Below, one piece after another: positions 21,718 through 33,256 of a DNA stretch of 64,000 nucleotides (its first letter is position 1; each line of letters opens with the position of its first letter). The notes under the pieces are model-generated. The model was not told the origin of the DNA. It did not search any database and worked only from the letters and a program-made list of their open reading frames with translations. The position numbers and the translations under genes were made by a program. The stretch comes from Escherichia coli (GTDB lineage Bacteria; Pseudomonadota; Gammaproteobacteria; Enterobacterales; Enterobacteriaceae): assembly GCF_003334255.1 (NCBI RefSeq), contig NZ_QOWU01000022.1, one strand, 5' to 3'.

Positions 21718-23373
21718 TTAACTCATCACACGGTCGTCAACATACTGACGTTTATCCGGCGCTGGCGGGAAATACTGATACAGCCATGTTTCACTGATAG
21801 CGTCCCCCTGACAACGCAGATACATCCGCATATCGACCGGATCAGTGGAGTCCGAAGTCGGATACCAGTCAAACTGAATACGATAACCATCAATGGGTTC
21901 AATATAGAGAATTTCGATTTGCTTCGCTTCCCCACTGGAAAGCGTAATCACCGGCTCAATGCCTTTTGGCGCGGCAGCTTTCAGATCACCACCAACGAAA
22001 TCGACGGCAAAACGACGCGCCCATTTTTCGGGATAATGTTCACCTGGTGCCCAGCCTTCCGGGAAACCGCCCATGCCGGTACGCGTCGCCATAACGCGCG
22101 CTAATGGGCAATGAACAGGCGGTTGCGCACTCCAGTACAGACGATACTGGAATGCAAACTCATCACCCGCTTTTACAGCTTTTTCTGGCTGCCAGAAGCA
22201 GACAATGTTATCCAGCGTTTCGCCCGTTGTTGGGATTTCCATCAGGCCGATGGTGCCCTTACCCCACTTGTTACGCGGCTCCACCCACAGACTTGGGCGT
22301 TTGTTATACCAGCCCATAATGTCCTGATAATGGGAGAAATCACGATCCAGTTGCAATAAACCAAACCCTTTCGGGTTGTTGTCGGTGTAAGCATTGAACT
22401 GCAATTTTTGTGGATTATTCAGCGGACGGCAAATCCACTCGCCGTTGCCCCGCCACATGGACAGACGATCAGAGTCATGAATTTGCGGATGAATTGTATC
22501 GCACATCCGACGTTCATTAGTACCGCAGCTGAACATGCTGGTCATCGGCGCAATGCCCAGCTGTTTAATGTCTTTGCGCGCATACAGGTGATTTTCCACA
22601 TCCATAATCACCTGACTTTTCTCACAATGGATAGTGAACTTATAGGCACCAGTAATGCTGGCGCTATCGAGCAACGCATAAACGGTAAAGGTAGTTGCCC
22701 CCGGTTTTACAGTATCAAACCAGAAGGCGGTAAAGTCGGGGAACTCTTCTTTACTGTCGGTGTAAGTGTCGATCGCCAGGCCGCGGGCCGACAAACCGTA
22801 TTGATATGTATCATCAACGGCACGGAAATAACTCGCGCCGAGGAATGATACTACATCACGGCGCGCCAGTTCGGGGGCTTTAAACACGCGAAAACCGGCA
22901 AAGCCGAGATCGCTTTGCCCTTCTAATTGTTTGGTATCAACACCCGCATCGTTGTATTTGAACAACTCCGGGCGAAAGTGAATTTCACGCGCCAGATGTG
23001 TTGCTGGATCTACAGAAAACATACGAACGCGGCGACGGAATCCCATTCCCATATGGAAGAACTGAGCGTCCAGTTGACGGTTCTCAACGTTATGCCAGAG
23101 CGATTTTTCGGCGTCGTATTGAATACTGTTATAAGCCTGCGGCGTCATTGTCGCCAGCGTGTCAGGTAACGGACGCGGCGCACCACGCCACGCTGTTTGC
23201 GCTAAGTCGTGCGCCATTGACTGTAGAATGGAGAAGTCAAAACGCTGGGTTTGCCCGTCGGCAATATCAGAATCTGCCGCGAATGCCGCCTGAGAAAAAA
23301 GAGAAGCAATGCCGCTGGTACCGCACACGGCGGCCATAGCCATTGAACCTTTAATAAATCGTCTACGATCCAT
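21718..23373 (-). CDS. opgD: Glucans biosynthesis protein D (periplasmic, Tat-secreted)
   Basis: 551-aa ORF; twin-arginine leader [15 protein letters not shown]. Confidence 0.9.
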   Translation of the reverse strand: MDRRRFIKGSMAMAAVCGTSGIASLFSQAAFAADSDIADGQTQRFDFSILQSMAHDLAQTAWRGAPRPLPDTLATMTPQAYNSIQYDAEKSLWHNVENRQLDAQFFHMGMGFRRRVRMFSVDPATHLAREIHFRPELFKYNDAGVDTKQLEGQSDLGFAGFRVFKAPELARRDVVSFLGASYFRAVDDTYQYGLSARGLAIDTYTDSKEEFPDFTAFWFDTVKPGATTFTVYALLDSASITGAYKFTIHCEKSQVIMDVENHLYARKDIKQLGIAPMTSMFSCGTNERRMCDTIHPQIHDSDRLSMWRGNGEWICRPLNNPQKLQFNAYTDNNPKGFGLLQLDRDFSHYQDIMGWYNKRPSLWVEPRNKWGKGTIGLMEIPTTGETLDNIVCFWQPEKAVKAGDEFAFQYRLYWSAQPPVHCPLARVMATRTGMGGFPEGWAPGEHYPEKWARRFAVDFVGGDLKAAAPKGIEPVITLSSGEAKQIEILYIEPIDGYRIQFDWYPTSDSTDPVDMRMYLRCQGDAISETWLYQYFPPAPDKRQYVDDRVMS

Positions 23374-23597
23374 ACCTGAAAGTGAGTCCTTCTGGTGTTG
23401 TGAATGGTCCCGCGCTGGTCGTTTTCAGCGGCAAGAAAGTGCTTATTTATGACCGCTCACTCTAGACAATATTTATTAATAATCCAATTGTTGAACTGAG
23501 AGAATATGCATAAATCGGCATTTTTTTTATGTCGATGGGATGAGCCTGATTCGTTTGTAAAATCAGGCAAATTTTTGCAAAGGCGGATGGTCAGAAT

Positions 23598-24941
23598 TTA
23601 AAGCAAACCACAGCGACGTTTACTGCGTTCTTCCGCTTCCTGGTAAAGCTGGAACTCATCCAAAACCGGACAACCCAACGCCTGCTCAAATGCTTCGCGA
23701 CTGGCATTACCGTGACTGCGTGTCTGCGTTTCATTACCCAGATTTGACTGGAAGATCCCCGCCGCGCTAACGGGCAAGAAATCTTCATAGGTAATGGGTT
23801 GCGCCACTACCCAACCGCGTTCAATTAAGGGCTGTGGATCGTCTCCGGGATGAATCGCCTGACGATGCGCCTCACCCGAAGGCGTCAGACGGTACCGGAA
23901 CCATGCCAACCCTTGCTGACGCATTAAAAACTCACTGTCAGGAAAAGTGCGGAAGGTTTCCTGTAAATGCATTTGGTGAGTGAGATTATCCTGCCCGGTT
24001 CCAGCGTTACACAGAAGATCATCATACAGTTGTCGCCCTTTCGGCGTTAATGCCACACCACGCTGCTCTATTTCACCAAAGCGCGCGGTATGCGTGCCCT
24101 GTTTCTGCCCCGCAAACAACACCGTCTCTTCCAGTGCTTTAAAGCTGGTCTGGCGTAGTAAAATCGGTACCTCGCGGCGCGGCGGCCCCTCGATCAGAAT
24201 TTTGGGTTCAATTCCGCATTCAGGCATCATCGACTGCACCCGGTCAATATCCAGCGTACGTGGCGTCAGGTGGTTGATATGGCATCCAGGAAAACAGACC
24301 ACATCAGCAATCAACCGATGTTCGTTGTGCAAGGCGCGATAGGTTTCTTCATCTACCGTTGCTGACTGGTGCCAGCGAAACGTTTCCAGGGCCTCTTGCA
24401 CAAATTCCTGTGCCTGTGTTTCGTTAAAACCGCCCTGCTGCTCATATTCCTCTAACAGTTGTCGACAACGTGGGGTGAAGATATCGCGCTGACGCAGAAT
24501 CTCCGCCGCTTTCTGGCGCAAAATTTCGTTCTCGATAAGCTCAAGGCGGAGTAAGGAGGTAAAAACGCGGAAGGGATTACGCGCCAGAGAAGCATCATCA
24601 ATGGGCCGAAATGCTGTCGAATGTACCGGCACCCCTGCCTGCGAGAGATCGTAATAGCTCACCGGGTACATCCCCATAATGGCAAACATCCGCCGAAGAG
24701 TAGCAAGCTCTTGTGCAGTCCCAACGCGAATCGCCCCATGACGTTCAACATTCAGTCGCGCCAGCTCGTCTGCATTTACCATTTTTTCGTGCAGTTGAGG
24801 ATTGTTTTCCAGCACAGCCAGATTCACATCAGCTACCAGTTCCAGCAGCGTGCCGTACTGCGGAACTTCTTGCTGGTACATGGCTGACATTGCCTGCGAA
24901 AACTGTTCCCGAATCTCATCCGCCGTGATGCTGTTCGCCAT
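23598..24941 (-). CDS. ydcJ: Uncharacterized protein YdcJ
   Basis: 447-aa ORF. Confidence 0.8.
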   Translation of the reverse strand: MANSITADEIREQFSQAMSAMYQQEVPQYGTLLELVADVNLAVLENNPQLHEKMVNADELARLNVERHGAIRVGTAQELATLRRMFAIMGMYPVSYYDLSQAGVPVHSTAFRPIDDASLARNPFRVFTSLLRLELIENEILRQKAAEILRQRDIFTPRCRQLLEEYEQQGGFNETQAQEFVQEALETFRWHQSATVDEETYRALHNEHRLIADVVCFPGCHINHLTPRTLDIDRVQSMMPECGIEPKILIEGPPRREVPILLRQTSFKALEETVLFAGQKQGTHTARFGEIEQRGVALTPKGRQLYDDLLCNAGTGQDNLTHQMHLQETFRTFPDSEFLMRQQGLAWFRYRLTPSGEAHRQAIHPGDDPQPLIERGWVVAQPITYEDFLPVSAAGIFQSNLGNETQTRSHGNASREAFEQALGCPVLDEFQLYQEAEERSKRRCGLL

Positions 24942-25157
24942 AGTGTCTGCCTCCAGTGGTCAGTAATCTGGAGTGTAGGTAACCGCATTCACTCTTGCGG
25001 GAAGAATTTACAAACTGTGATCTCGCCGCGAAAACATCAATATTATCCATTTTGCTGTAACATAATTGCTTTAATTGTTAATAATATTTTGCAATCAAGT
25101 TATCATAATCAAACAACTTCACTTGTCAGCGACACCGCTTCGTTTTTAACATCGCTT

Positions 25158-26081
25158 ATGGAAAAAAATAGTCTGTTTAGTCAGCGCATCCGTTTGCGCC
25201 ACCTTCATACATTCGTAGCTGTCGCACAACAAGGAACTTTGGGGCGCGCGGCTGAAACCCTTAATTTGAGTCAACCTGCGCTCTCTAAGACATTGAATGA
25301 ACTGGAGCAGCTGACTGGCGCTCGCTTGTTTGAGCGTGGTCGTCAGGGGGCGCAACTTACCTTACCCGGCGAACAATTTTTAACGCATGCAGTCAGAGTT
25401 CTTGACGCCATCAACACTGCCGGACGGTCGCTTCATCGTAAAGAAGGTCTTAATAATGATGTCGTCAGGGTTGGTGCACTACCTACTGCGGCACTGGGGA
25501 TATTACCTTCGGTTATAGGTCAGTTTCATCAGCAACAAAAAGAGACGACCTTGCAAGTTGCGACAATGAGTAACCCTATGATTCTGGCGGGTTTAAAAAC
25601 CGGGGAAATCGATATCGGCATTGGTCGGATGTCAGATCCTGAACTGATGACCGGGCTTAATTACGAACTGCTGTTTCTTGAATCGTTGAAGCTGGTTGTC
25701 CGCCCTAATCACCCGCTACTTCAGGAGAACGTAACGCTAAGCCGGGTGCTGGAATGGCCGGTCGTTGTATCACCAGAAGGCACTGCGCCACGCCAGCATT
25801 CAGATGCATTAGTGCAGAGCCAGGGCTGTAAAATTCCTTCGGGTTGTATCGAAACGCTGTCTGCTTCGCTATCTCGTCAACTTACGGTTGAATACGATTA
25901 CGTGTGGTTTGTCCCTTCTGGCGCTGTAAAAGACGACCTGCGTCATGCCACGCTGGTGGCCCTGCCTGTTCCGGGACATGGTGCAGGCGAACCGATTGGA
26001 ATACTGACCCGCGTAGATGCGACGTTCTCTTCTGGTTGCCAGTTGATGATTAACGCTATTCGAAAATCAATGCCGTTCTGA
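25158..26081 (+). CDS. ydcI: LysR-family transcriptional regulator YdcI
   Basis: ORF 25017..26081 trimmed to ATG 25158 (MEKNSLFSQRIRLRHLHTFV); LysR HTH. Confidence 0.85.
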   Translation: MEKNSLFSQRIRLRHLHTFVAVAQQGTLGRAAETLNLSQPALSKTLNELEQLTGARLFERGRQGAQLTLPGEQFLTHAVRVLDAINTAGRSLHRKEGLNNDVVRVGALPTAALGILPSVIGQFHQQQKETTLQVATMSNPMILAGLKTGEIDIGIGRMSDPELMTGLNYELLFLESLKLVVRPNHPLLQENVTLSRVLEWPVVVSPEGTAPRQHSDALVQSQGCKIPSGCIETLSASLSRQLTVEYDYVWFVPSGAVKDDLRHATLVALPVPGHGAGEPIGILTRVDATFSSGCQLMINAIRKSMPF

Positions 26082-26118
26082 AAGGTGAAGGGATCTGTCG
26101 ATCCCTCCTTGAATATTT

Positions 26119-27759
26119 TCACACCGTAGCGAAACTAACTGGTTCACCCGCTCCGCGAGGTTCTGCCGACACAGAATGTTTGTGCAGACGGAATACATCC
26201 ACCGCCTCAGTTAATCGTGCCGCCTGTTCTTCAAGGGACACCGCCGCCGCTGAGGCCTCTTCTACCAGAGAAGCATTCTGTTGCGTCACCTTATCCATTT
26301 CAGAAATCGCCTGGCTAACCTGCGTTATGCCTCTACTTTGTTCATCCGAGGCGGCGGCGATTTCCTGCATGATATGTGTGACACTCGCGACGGCATCAAC
26401 AATAGTGCTCATGGTTTTCCCGGCCGTTGCCACCTCATCCGACCCCAGGTCAATTAACCTGACTGATTCACTGATCAAGCCTTCAATCTCTTTCGCCGCC
26501 TGAGCGCTGCGACTTGCGAGTGTCCGTACTTCGCTGGCGACAACGGCAAATCCACGCCCTTGCTCACCCGCTCGCGCGGCTTCAACGGCAGCATTCAGTG
26601 CCAGAATATTCGTCTGGAAAGCAATACTGTTGATGACGGCGGTGATCTCAGAAATTTTCTTCGAACTCGTGGAGATAGCGCCCATCGTTTTTACTACACC
26701 GGAAACCGTCTGCCCGCCATCGCTGGCTTTAATAGAAGCCTCTTGCGCCAGTTTGCTGGCATGATGCGCGTTATCCGCATTCTGTTTCACCGTCGCAGTG
26801 AGTTGCTCCATGCTGGCGGCAGTTTGTTCGATAGCCGCCGCTTGTTCTTCGGTGCGAGATGACAGGTCCGCATTGCCAGCTGAAATTTCGCTGGTGCCAC
26901 GATAAATCTCTTCCGCGCCCTGTCGAACAGTCCCTACTGTCATCCCCAGTGAATGCTGCATTTGCTGTAAATGACGACTTAAGCGACCGATTTCATTACG
27001 ACCCGCCGGTTCATCATTCATCGTCAGATCGCCACTGGCGATTTTTTCAATCCGTTGTGCGGCATGTTGCAGTGGACGAATGACGATCCGACGTAGCACC
27101 ATAAATGTTATCAGCGTCATGACCAGGGCAAGCACAAACGCGCCAATCATGAACATCCCACCCAGGCGGGTGCGCTGATGGGCCAGTTCCGCCAGTTGGT
27201 TGGCTCTGGTGCTACGTATCTTAACGGCTTTGTTCAAAATATCGGTATAAGCATTATCCAGCGGTCGGATCTGCTCACTTTCATGATTGATAATCGCTTC
27301 AAACATGCCATTTTTGGCATATTTCAACATAGGTTGCATACCCGTGATATAAGCCTGGAAGCGTTGATTTAATTCAGTGTCGAGGGCTTCATCAGCAGGT
27401 GTTTTCACCGGCCGATTCTGATAAGCACGATAACCTTGCTGCGACTGTTTAATCTCCGATTCGGCTTGCGCAATATTTCGCTTCATTGCTTCCATTTCCG
27501 CAATACGACTCGCAGCCCCGGCCTGAATCATATTGATCCGGGCTGAACGCAAAAAATCTGAACTGTTCGCTAACCCGGTCCGAATCTCAATCTCCGCAGT
27601 AACATCACGCTGATCGCGATCGGCCTGCCAGAGGAAATAGCCAGCCAGGGCTGAACTTAATGCGAATAGAACTAAGATACCGCCTAGAATGCAGGCAAAT
27701 AACGGAACCAATCTGATGTGATGCAAAAAACCTAATCGCTGTGAGGGAGTTGTATTCAT
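26119..27759 (-). CDS. trg: Methyl-accepting chemotaxis protein III (ribose/galactose)
   Basis: 546-aa ORF with TM-periplasmic-TM-HAMP-signalling domain layout. Confidence 0.9.
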   Translation of the reverse strand: MNTTPSQRLGFLHHIRLVPLFACILGGILVLFALSSALAGYFLWQADRDQRDVTAEIEIRTGLANSSDFLRSARINMIQAGAASRIAEMEAMKRNIAQAESEIKQSQQGYRAYQNRPVKTPADEALDTELNQRFQAYITGMQPMLKYAKNGMFEAIINHESEQIRPLDNAYTDILNKAVKIRSTRANQLAELAHQRTRLGGMFMIGAFVLALVMTLITFMVLRRIVIRPLQHAAQRIEKIASGDLTMNDEPAGRNEIGRLSRHLQQMQHSLGMTVGTVRQGAEEIYRGTSEISAGNADLSSRTEEQAAAIEQTAASMEQLTATVKQNADNAHHASKLAQEASIKASDGGQTVSGVVKTMGAISTSSKKISEITAVINSIAFQTNILALNAAVEAARAGEQGRGFAVVASEVRTLASRSAQAAKEIEGLISESVRLIDLGSDEVATAGKTMSTIVDAVASVTHIMQEIAAASDEQSRGITQVSQAISEMDKVTQQNASLVEEASAAAVSLEEQAARLTEAVDVFRLHKHSVSAEPRGAGEPVSFATV

Positions 27760-28039
27760 TACCGTTGTCTCTCGTCCAGGTTTACTCCTGATAGAAAGTC
27801 ATCGGCATTTGACGGTAATTACTTACGACTAAAAGCCTCTTTGCGTCACATTTTTACAACAATTATTGCAGAGAAGATTAATGCTATTGGAATGAAGAGA
27901 GTAACGAATGGCTAAACCGAATGACGAAAAATTCTGGAAAACAGCACGCAATTTCGTGAAGTGATTATTTCGTCCCTAAGGAAACCTCATAGGATGCCTG
28001 CGGGTGCCTGAGACTTTCTGTTTTCAGGCTAACCGGGAA

Positions 28040-28089
28040 TCAGAAAGACGAAGGCCCAGACCGATATTTCTATCAACCGAGGCCAACGA

Positions 28090-28105
<16 letters not shown>
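28040..28105 (-). ncRNA. sokB: Putative SokB antisense RNA (position approximate)
   Basis: Inferred only from hok/sok architecture (antisense to the mokB start region); not delimited from sequence signals. Confidence 0.3.
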
Positions 28106-28297
<192 letters not shown>

Positions 28298-28368
28298 GGG
28301 CAAGCGCGGGGATTTTCCCCGTGCATCTGACTAGCGGATTCATTTTCTCATGGCACCCCTTTTACACT

Positions 28369-28542
28369 TCAGTTAGTGCATGTTTTTTTCGATGCACTAA
28401 TAGAACCATCATTACAGACAAATTTGCCGCCTGCCGTACAGTGTGAGATCCCCCCTTTCGAACCAGAACAGGGTTTGCGCCCGGCATCGGCATAAAAGGA
28501 AACAAGCGTTCCCATAAACAAAATAAGTGCCAGTTTTTTCAT
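28369..28542 (-). CDS. ydcA: Small secreted protein YdcA (57 aa)
   Basis: Own translation: MKKLALILFMGTLVSFYADAGRKPCSGSKGGISHCTAGGKFVCNDGSISASKKTCTN. Confidence 0.75.
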   Translation of the reverse strand: MKKLALILFMGTLVSFYADAGRKPCSGSKGGISHCTAGGKFVCNDGSISASKKTCTN

Positions 28543-28786
28543 ATAACCTCCATGGTTTATCGAATCTTATGTTCGATTTGAACGTTATACGCTGGTTTAT
28601 TTTGATACCGTTGATGAGATCAAAGATCGGGTGAATTGATTAAAAATAAGGCAGATGGACGTATGGGCAAGGATTATGGTTTTATTTGTCATACAAATAA
28701 ATATAATAGGCGCTTCCGATGTAGACCCGTATTCTTCGCCTGTACCACGGGTCGGTTTTAGTACAGGCGTTTTCTTTAAATATCCT

Positions 28787-29317
28787 TCAAGAACGTTTAC
28801 GCGGCATCATGCGTAGAAGTGTGTTGTCCTTCCAGAAATAGTGGTGTGCCAGTGCAGCCGCAGCGTGCAACCCGATGACAAAATATCCCAGATTCGCCAG
28901 CGTCTCATGCCACGACTTTAAGCTATCTACCCGTTCGAAATTGGCCTCTGAAGCGAAAGGCATCGTCAAACCAAACGCAAACCACGGGTTGCCCCGGTTA
29001 TACATCATCACCAAACCAATCACTGGCAGCGCAATAAACAGGAGATAAATCACCAAATGTCCCAAATGCGCCAGTCCCGTCATCATCGGTTTTGGCTTAG
29101 GTATAATCGGCGGGGTCGGGTATTTCAGCCTTAACAAAAGACGAACCACCATCAGCACGAGAATTGAGATGCCGCAGGAAACATGAATCATGTTGATGAG
29201 CGGCCGATCGCTACGTGGGAAGAAACCCCGAAACTCCATTGCGCAATACGCTGCGATAACCAGTAAAAAGACCAGCCAGTGAATGCTGATTTGTAACCTT
29301 GAATATTTATTTTCCAT
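28787..29317 (-). CDS. cybB: Cytochrome b561
   Basis: ORF 28787..29353 trimmed to MENKYSRLQISIHWLVFLLV. Confidence 0.85.
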   Translation of the reverse strand: MENKYSRLQISIHWLVFLLVIAAYCAMEFRGFFPRSDRPLINMIHVSCGISILVLMVVRLLLRLKYPTPPIIPKPKPMMTGLAHLGHLVIYLLFIALPVIGLVMMYNRGNPWFAFGLTMPFASEANFERVDSLKSWHETLANLGYFVIGLHAAAALAHHYFWKDNTLLRMMPRKRS

Positions 29318-29505
29318 AACATTTCCTGCTTTAACATAATTTTCCGTTAACATAACGGGCTTTTCTCAAAATTTCATTAAATATTGTTCACCCGTTTTCA
29401 GTACGTTACGTTTCACTGTGAGAATGGAGATTGCCCATCCCGCCATCCTGGTCTAAGCCTGGAAAGGATCAATTTTCATCCGAACGTTCCTGACAGGAGA
29501 AAACC

Positions 29506-30507
29506 ATGAGTAAAGTTGGTATTAACGGTTTTGGTCGTATCGGTCGACTGGTGTTGCGTCGATTACTTGAAGTCAAAAGCAACATAGACGTTGTCGCTAT
29601 TAATGATCTCACTTCCCCAAAAATTCTCGCCTACCTGCTGAAACATGATTCAAACTACGGACCATTCCCCTGGAGCGTTGATTTTACGGAAGATTCACTT
29701 ATCGTTGATGGGAAAAGTATCGCGGTTTACGCCGAAAAAGAGGCTAAAAATATTCCGTGGAAAGCGAAAGGTGCAGAAATCATTGTCGAATGTACTGGCT
29801 TTTATACCTCCGCCGAGAAATCGCAGGCGCATCTTGATGCTGGTGCGAAGAAGGTGTTGATTTCCGCCCCTGCCGGTGAAATGAAAACTATCGTTTATAA
29901 CGTCAATGACGACACTCTGGATGGCAACGACACCATTGTTTCCGTGGCGTCATGCACCACTAACTGTCTTGCGCCGATGGCCAAAGCCTTGCATGACAGT
30001 TTCGGGATAGAAGTCGGCACGATGACGACCATTCATGCCTATACTGGCACCCAGTCACTGGTGGATGGCCCGCGTGGTAAAGATTTACGTGCTTCACGCG
30101 CCGCGGCAGAAAATATCATTCCCCACACTACGGGGGCGGCAAAAGCCATTGGTCTGGTGATACCGGAACTGAGCGGCAAACTGAAAGGTCATGCGCAACG
30201 CGTACCGGTGAAAACAGGTTCGGTCACTGAGCTGGTGTCCATTCTCGGAAAAAAAGTGACTACCGAAGAGGTGAATAACGCACTTAAACAAGCAACCACC
30301 AATAACGAGTCATTTGGTTATACCGATGAAGAAATAGTCTCTTCCGATATCATTGGCAGCCATTTCGGTTCGGTGTTTGATGCCACGCAAACGGAAATTA
30401 CCGCCGTGGGCGATTTACAACTGGTGAAAACGGTCGCCTGGTACGATAACGAATATGGCTTCGTCACGCAGCTTATTCGCACCCTCGAAAAATTCGCTAA
30501 ACTCTGA
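29506..30507 (+). CDS. gapC: Glyceraldehyde-3-phosphate dehydrogenase C, intact
   Basis: Uninterrupted 333-aa GAPDH ORF (NGFGRIGR, catalytic ASCTTNC). Confidence 0.9.
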   Translation: MSKVGINGFGRIGRLVLRRLLEVKSNIDVVAINDLTSPKILAYLLKHDSNYGPFPWSVDFTEDSLIVDGKSIAVYAEKEAKNIPWKAKGAEIIVECTGFYTSAEKSQAHLDAGAKKVLISAPAGEMKTIVYNVNDDTLDGNDTIVSVASCTTNCLAPMAKALHDSFGIEVGTMTTIHAYTGTQSLVDGPRGKDLRASRAAAENIIPHTTGAAKAIGLVIPELSGKLKGHAQRVPVKTGSVTELVSILGKKVTTEEVNNALKQATTNNESFGYTDEEIVSSDIIGSHFGSVFDATQTEITAVGDLQLVKTVAWYDNEYGFVTQLIRTLEKFAKL

Positions 30508-30514
30508 CGCGCAC

Positions 30515-30545
30515 AGGCGGAGGAAAAAACCTCCGCCTCTTTCAC
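30515..30545. terminator. Bidirectional hairpin between convergent gapC and aldA
   Basis: aggcggagg-aaaaaa-cctccgcct followed by T-run. Confidence 0.7.
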
Positions 30546-30548
30546 TCA

Positions 30549-31988
30549 TTAAGACTGTAAATAAACCACCTGGGTCTGCAGATATTCATGCAGGCCATGT
30601 TTACCATCTGCGCCGCCAATACCGGATTTACGCCATCCGGCGTGGAAGCCTTGCATAGCTTCGAAGTTTTCACGGTTGATGTAAGTTTCACCAAACTTCA
30701 GCCCTTTAATGGCTTTCATCGCGACGTTCAGATTTTGGGTATAGATTGATGAGGTCAGGCCGTAATCACTGTCATTAGCCATTGAGATAGCATCTTCCAG
30801 CGTGTCAAATGCGACAACTGGCAGCACCGGGCCAAAGGTTTCCTCATGCATAATCGACATTTCCTGGCGAACATCCAGCAGCAATGTCGGCGGATAATAA
30901 TATCCTTTCCCCTCTACCGCTTTGCCACCCAACGCCACTCTCGCCCCTTCTTCTACTGCGCGCGCCACTTTTTGCTCGACCCTTTCCAGCGCCGCGGCGT
31001 TAATCAACGGCCCCATCGCAATGTCGTTGCGTTCAGCGGGGTTACCAAATTGAACCGCCTGCATCGCTTCACCCAGCCGATTGACGAACTGATCATAAAT
31101 GCCTTTCTGTACATAAACACGTTCTGCACAGTTACACACTTGCCCACTATTAATGACGCGTGAATCAACGATGGCTTTGACTGCCAGTTCAAGATCGGCA
31201 TCGTCCATTACGATAGCTGGTGCTTTACCACCCAATTCCAGACACACTTTAGTGATGTTTTTCGCCGCAGTCGCCATGATCTTCTCACCTGCAGAGACGC
31301 TGCCTGTCATACTGACCATTGCGACCTTTGGGTTACCCGCCAGTTCTTGCCCAACGGTTTCACCACGCCCCAGAACAAGGTTAAACACGCCGCGCGGAAG
31401 GCCTATTTCATCGACGATTTTGGCGAATGCAATCGCATTGTTTGGCGTAAATTCACTGGGTTTAATGACGATGGTATTACCGGTCAAAAGAGCGGGAGCC
31501 ATTTTGCGGGCAATGAGGAAGAACGGGAAGTTCCACGGCAGAATGCCGGTAGTCACGCCAAGTGCACGTTTAAACAGAAGAATATTTTCTCCTGGACGAT
31601 CGCTTTGAATAATCTCGCCCTCGTAACGCCGTGCCCACTCCGCCATGTAATCGATATAGTCCGCAGTAAAAGCCACTTCGACTTCAGCCAGCTGCTGGAT
31701 CTTGCCCCCTTCTTCAACAATCAGCGCACTGATTTCACTGGCGCGTTCGCGGATCCCGGCGGAGATTTTGCGCAACCAACTGGCGCGTTCAATGGCAGGC
31801 AACGCTTCCCATTCTGGTTGTGCACGTTCTGCTGCATCGATTGCCTTACGGGCATCCTCGGCCTGACCATCGGGAATGCTGGAAATGACAGCCTCTGTAG
31901 CAGGGTTTACCACATCAATCCATGCGTCTCCACGCCAGGTAACAAACTGTCCATCAATATACATAGGATGTTGAACGGGTACTGACAT
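30549..31988 (-). CDS. aldA: Lactaldehyde dehydrogenase
   Basis: 479-aa aldehyde dehydrogenase ORF. Confidence 0.9.
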   Translation of the reverse strand: MSVPVQHPMYIDGQFVTWRGDAWIDVVNPATEAVISSIPDGQAEDARKAIDAAERAQPEWEALPAIERASWLRKISAGIRERASEISALIVEEGGKIQQLAEVEVAFTADYIDYMAEWARRYEGEIIQSDRPGENILLFKRALGVTTGILPWNFPFFLIARKMAPALLTGNTIVIKPSEFTPNNAIAFAKIVDEIGLPRGVFNLVLGRGETVGQELAGNPKVAMVSMTGSVSAGEKIMATAAKNITKVCLELGGKAPAIVMDDADLELAVKAIVDSRVINSGQVCNCAERVYVQKGIYDQFVNRLGEAMQAVQFGNPAERNDIAMGPLINAAALERVEQKVARAVEEGARVALGGKAVEGKGYYYPPTLLLDVRQEMSIMHEETFGPVLPVVAFDTLEDAISMANDSDYGLTSSIYTQNLNVAMKAIKGLKFGETYINRENFEAMQGFHAGWRKSGIGGADGKHGLHEYLQTQVVYLQS

Positions 31989-32184
31989 GGGCGACTCCTG
32001 TGATTTATATGTTTGTTTTCGGTGAATGCATTGTTAATTAACATCAATCATCAGAGAGACGGCATCGTGAAAGGACAATTCTGTGAAGGGCTTCATAAAA
32101 ACAAGTGTAAAAGGAATAAGAGGCAGAAATAAAAGGCAGGAGTTATGCCCGTTTGCAAACAAGTGGTTCACAAACGGGCAATTT

Positions 32185-32985
32185 TTAACGTAACGAGCGA
32201 CTTTCCATCGCCTCGATGAGCACCGCATCGTGTTTCAGCGTTTGCCATGCATGGGTGACTTCTGCCGGAAAATCAACGTGAACGATAAAATCTCGCCCGC
32301 GGGGACCGTAGCCATCGCTATCATCGCGTAAACGCGGCAGCTCGCCAGTGAGTAGTGATAGATAACGCTCAACCGGCCATAATCCTTGTAACTGATTAAT
32401 AAAGATTACACTGTCTACGTTATTTCCTAACTGAGGAACGAATCCGGGATAACTTAACCAGCGTGGTGCATCGGGATTGTCCCCGGTCATACGGCGGAAC
32501 GTCGCCATCGTGCGCCGCTGCATGGTGGGGTCCTGAACAACGATAGCCGTATGAACTCGTTCTACGGCCTGATTCAATAGCGCGATGCTAAAGCGTGCGT
32601 TTTCACCGCAGTTTGTTGACTGGTCTTCAATCCAGATTTTTTCATGCGGAATATGCCAGAACTGATGAGCGATATCCGCCAGGATGGTCGCTTCTGCTCT
32701 GCCAGTGGTGCGGATAGTGTTGTAGTGCGGATGCTGTGCGATGGCGCTATACAAAAAAGTTGTCGAGTGACCGATACCACCACTAATCAGTAAAGGAATT
32801 TGCTGATCGCGGGCAATCTTACATGCCGCATCGATAGTCGGCATAACCGCATTGCCTGCAAGGATCACGCAATCGGCCTGATACGGCACCTCACCGGAGA
32901 AATCATCCTGCGCCAGCCACTGTCCAATAACATTTATGGCATCTATGGTTGCCGTCGAAAGCGTCGGAAACGGGGTATTGTTCAT
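32185..32985 (-). CDS. ydcF: DUF218-family protein YdcF
   Basis: 266-aa ORF. Confidence 0.8.
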   Translation of the reverse strand: MNNTPFPTLSTATIDAINVIGQWLAQDDFSGEVPYQADCVILAGNAVMPTIDAACKIARDQQIPLLISGGIGHSTTFLYSAIAQHPHYNTIRTTGRAEATILADIAHQFWHIPHEKIWIEDQSTNCGENARFSIALLNQAVERVHTAIVVQDPTMQRRTMATFRRMTGDNPDAPRWLSYPGFVPQLGNNVDSVIFINQLQGLWPVERYLSLLTGELPRLRDDSDGYGPRGRDFIVHVDFPAEVTHAWQTLKHDAVLIEAMESRSLR

Positions 32986-33200
32986 GGTTCCTCCTTATCG
33001 TTCCCTTAAGAATACTGCGTGAGATAATAGTGAGAAGCGGAGCACTCTGAAAGGAGGAAGTCGTATTTCCTTAACCGCCACTCCGCAAGCCTGACATATC
33101 TTTTAAGGAAATGCTGTAGATAAACATTATTCATCTTGCAGCAGAGAATTGTATTTTTCTGAATTCCTGAATTTTTGCCCTTACCGTTTTAGAATTAATA

Positions 33201-33232
33201 AAAAACCCGGCGCTAAATGCTTACCGGGTTTT
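33201..33232 (-). terminator. Hairpin downstream of hrpA
   Basis: cccgg...ccggg stem flanked by A-run and T-run on the two strands. Confidence 0.5.
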
Positions 33233-33256
33233 AGATTTATCAGGCAAATAGCAGTG

